DNA from: Campylobacterota bacterium
GTDB lineage: Bacteria > Campylobacterota > Campylobacteria > Campylobacterales > Sulfurimonadaceae
Assembly (NCBI GenBank): GCA_034661055.1
Contig: JAYEKO010000043.1
Coordinates: 1 to 17,163 of the forward strand
DNA: 17,163 bases
Direction of reading: 5' to 3'
The position numbers were made by a program, and so were the translations under genes. The notes beneath the pieces were generated by a model. The model ran no database searches. It was not told the origin of the DNA and saw only the letters and a program-made list of their open reading frames with translations. Shown here in pieces: positions 14,865-17,163 of the stretch. Each line of letters begins with the position of its first letter. Within the stretch, counting starts at the first letter, position 1.

Positions 14865-16927
14865 AGGTTAATAACATCCACTTTAACCGATTTAAATGCA
14901 GCCGTTAAAATCAGCTCGTCGCACTTATCACCAAAAATAGCATTTATTTTTGACTTAGAGTGATGAAAGGTGACAAAGAGTGTCTTTGGCTGTACCTTAT
15001 CGGTGTATTTTACAGTAAGTGGTGCAGTCTCTCCATGTTCAGTTTTTAAAATGACCTTTTCGCTAGTAAAATCTGCCGCATCATCTTCGCACACTAAAAG
15101 CACATCTTCATCATATCGCTTATTTAAGCTATCTGTCTGCTTTGTTTGCGCAGCGTTATTGTAGTGAGCTAGCGTTCTGCCAGTTGTTAGGTGATAGCCC
15201 TCTAATTTGTTGCTTAAAATCTCTTTGATCATACCACGCTCTTTATACTGATGGTAATGAAACTCCCCAAGACCATCGGGAGTTCTAAAGTCTAAAAGGT
15301 GCAGTACCGGTGTATCTTCATTATAAACCGGCCACTGTAGTCCACGTTTTCGGTGACGCTCCATTCTTAAGTAGGAAGCTCCACTAAAACGTCTATGAGC
15401 AGTAGTTCGAACTTCATCCCAAACTTCAGAACTATTTTTGTAGTTATAACTTCCGCCAAGCTTGTTATCTATCATCTGAATAACTTCCCAGTCATCAGGA
15501 AGATCACTCTTAACAAGAGGCTGTGAAAGATGGAGCCTTCGCATGGCATTAACATAGACACCTGTCTTCTCATAAGCAGATTTTACACCAATAACAATGT
15601 CCGCACGCTGTGCAATATCTGTCATAAAAAGCTCTTGGACAACTATTAATTCAAGCTCATTAAGCGCTTTATCTATTTTGTTAATATTGGGATGGATGTG
15701 CATAATATCTTCACCCATATTGTGCAGTGATTTAATCTTACCTTCTAACATACCATCAACAAGTTGAGGAGTCATTAGACCCACCTCTTTTGCATCCTGA
15801 TAATCTGGATCATAATAGGGAAGACATCCCATATCACAAGCACCTTGAACATTGTTTTGACCACGAAGCGGCATTAAACCTACTCCATTCTTACCAATAT
15901 TACCAGTCATAAGTGCTAAATGCACCATCGCCATAACAGCGTATGAACCGTCAAGATGTTCTGTAATTCCCAGTCCCCAAAAAATCATAGAATTTTTAAC
16001 AGCATATTCACGTGCAATATTTGGAATAAGTTTAGCCAGATACTCGTAACCTGTAACATCTTTAAAATATTGTGGGTTGGCATACGGATCACTCATAATC
16101 TTCTCTCTGTACTCTTGAAACCACTTAGTACGTGTTGCAATAAACTCTTTGTTATAGAGCTCTTCATCAATTATGACATGCGCCATCATATTTAAAATAA
16201 GCAGATTGGCTTCATGGGGAATAATAGCTTTTTGTTTGGCATATTTCATGAGTTTAATTTCACGAACATCAATAACGGCTAAATGATTATGCTGACGCGC
16301 CGCTTCAATCATACGATTGGCCACAATAGGATGTGCTTCAGTCGTATTTGAGCCGATTACAATCATAAACTCGGTTTCATAAATATCATTATAAGGATTG
16401 GTTGCAGCACCCTCGCCAATAGTTGTCTTCATCCCTTTTAAACTAGGAGAGTGGCAGACACGCGCGCAGTTATCAATGTGAGGAGAGTTTAAAGTTTGAC
16501 GGGTATATTTTTGAAAGAGATAGGCACTCTCGCATGATGTTCGCGCTCCACCAATAGAGCAGAGGCTGTGACGGCCATATTTCTCTTTAATTTGAAGCAT
16601 CTTGATGGATGCAGCTGTTGTAGCAGCATCAACACTACACTCATACCAGATATCATCTAAATCACTTAGTGATGGTGCAATAACCTCTTTAATATGAGGA
16701 TTGTTATTTAAAAAACTTTTACGAATTAGAGGCGTACGAATACGCTCATCTGAAGCTACAAAATCATAACCGTATTTGCCCTTAATGCAGAGTTTTCCTT
16801 GAGAAACATAACCATCAGGTGAAGCAAAAATCTTCTGAATTTTGTTATCTTCAACCTTAGCAACTATGTCACATCCAACACCACAGTAGGTACATACGCT
16901 ATCTATCTCTTTTATATTTGTATTCAT
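14861..16927 (-). CDS. Cytoplasmic FdhF-like Mo/W-bisPGD oxidoreductase (Cys-type formate dehydrogenase alpha subunit), 688 aa
   Basis: CTYCGVGC...LCIKG [4Fe-4S] motif, IDNCARVCHSPS (metal-ligand Cys plus His), GSNTTEAHP, PLRGQNNVQGACDMG and LTTGR...HYN. No Tat signal. ATG 16927 follows AGGTGAG; GTG 16939 is an alternative. Confidence 0.85.
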   Translation of the reverse strand: MNTNIKEIDSVCTYCGVGCDIVAKVEDNKIQKIFASPDGYVSQGKLCIKGKYGYDFVASDERIRTPLIRKSFLNNNPHIKEVIAPSLSDLDDIWYECSVDAATTAASIKMLQIKEKYGRHSLCSIGGARTSCESAYLFQKYTRQTLNSPHIDNCARVCHSPSLKGMKTTIGEGAATNPYNDIYETEFMIVIGSNTTEAHPIVANRMIEAARQHNHLAVIDVREIKLMKYAKQKAIIPHEANLLILNMMAHVIIDEELYNKEFIATRTKWFQEYREKIMSDPYANPQYFKDVTGYEYLAKLIPNIAREYAVKNSMIFWGLGITEHLDGSYAVMAMVHLALMTGNIGKNGVGLMPLRGQNNVQGACDMGCLPYYDPDYQDAKEVGLMTPQLVDGMLEGKIKSLHNMGEDIMHIHPNINKIDKALNELELIVVQELFMTDIAQRADIVIGVKSAYEKTGVYVNAMRRLHLSQPLVKSDLPDDWEVIQMIDNKLGGSYNYKNSSEVWDEVRTTAHRRFSGASYLRMERHRKRGLQWPVYNEDTPVLHLLDFRTPDGLGEFHYHQYKERGMIKEILSNKLEGYHLTTGRTLAHYNNAAQTKQTDSLNKRYDEDVLLVCEDDAADFTSEKVILKTEHGETAPLTVKYTDKVQPKTLFVTFHHSKSKINAIFGDKCDELILTAAFKSVKVDVINL

Positions 16928-17079
16928 CTTAAAACTCACCTATTAATATAGTGCGAGTTTACAGTTTTAACTCTTAAAAAATACAAAGCCTTAATTTGTA
17001 ACTTAAAAGCAATAGACTTTTAATATTTACATGTAACTACACTTTCCAACATTTAAGCCATATTTAAAAATCTAAAAAA

Positions 17080-17095
17080 GGAACATTTTTTGCTT
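17080..17095 (+). promoter_or_regulatory. Candidate sigma54 (-24/-12) promoter pointing out of the window
   Basis: GGAACATTTTTTGCTT has exact GG-N10-GC spacing and fits the Campylobacterota GGAACR-N4-TTGCTT core, but lacks the usual TT before GG. The same bases could instead be an AAGGA site plus TTG start. Confidence 0.4.
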
Positions 17096-17163
17096 TTTCA
17101 AATCTAAAAAGAGTTCCCATCCAATTAATACTACTACCAATCCTAGCAATAATTTTATACTTC

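Noticed and set aside
16400..16470. Selenocysteine recoding or SECIS in the FDH-like gene
   Set aside because: The ligand codon is TGC and the frame has no internal TGA.
1..17163. CRISPR arrays, tRNA/rRNA genes, transposases, prophage or defence genes
   Set aside because: No regularly spaced repeats or recognisable structural RNA genes were seen, and nearly all sequence is explained by the listed genes. YraN is a widespread core gene and not evidence of a defence system.

Overview
AT-rich chromosomal window from a Campylobacterota bacterium, Sulfurimonas/Sulfuricurvum-like by inference from gene order (ilvE-SPFH-hisIE-DUF2393 pair; yraN-trxA-trxB-dapB-purF) and AAGGA-type ribosome sites. Block 1 (minus, 119-4364): a multi-TM NnrS/heme-copper-oxidase-like membrane protein, an aldehyde dehydrogenase, a DUF523/TudS-family Fe-S protein, bcp and a decayed ClC chloride transporter pseudogene. 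This block lies head-to-head with a group II truncated hemoglobin across a candidate Crp/Fnr (Nss-type) site. Block 2 (plus, 4458-8803): the globin, a 72-bp MITE-like inverted-repeat element carrying the likely ilvE promoter, ilvE, SPFH, hisIE and two DUF2393 genes. Block 3 (minus, 8784-16927): an orphan Cys-type FdhF-like molybdoenzyme, yraN, trxA, a cysteine-free membrane-anchored thioredoxin-fold protein, trxB, dapB, purF, a YhcC-type radical SAM gene and an HDOD protein. No rRNA, tRNA, CRISPR array, transposase or phage gene was recognised. The best candidates for undescribed biology are the divergent globin/membrane-protein module, the pseudo-thioredoxin between trxA and trxB, the orphan FdhF coupled to yraN and the MITE-like element in the ilvE leader. 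All family assignments come from reading motifs by eye; no database searches were run.
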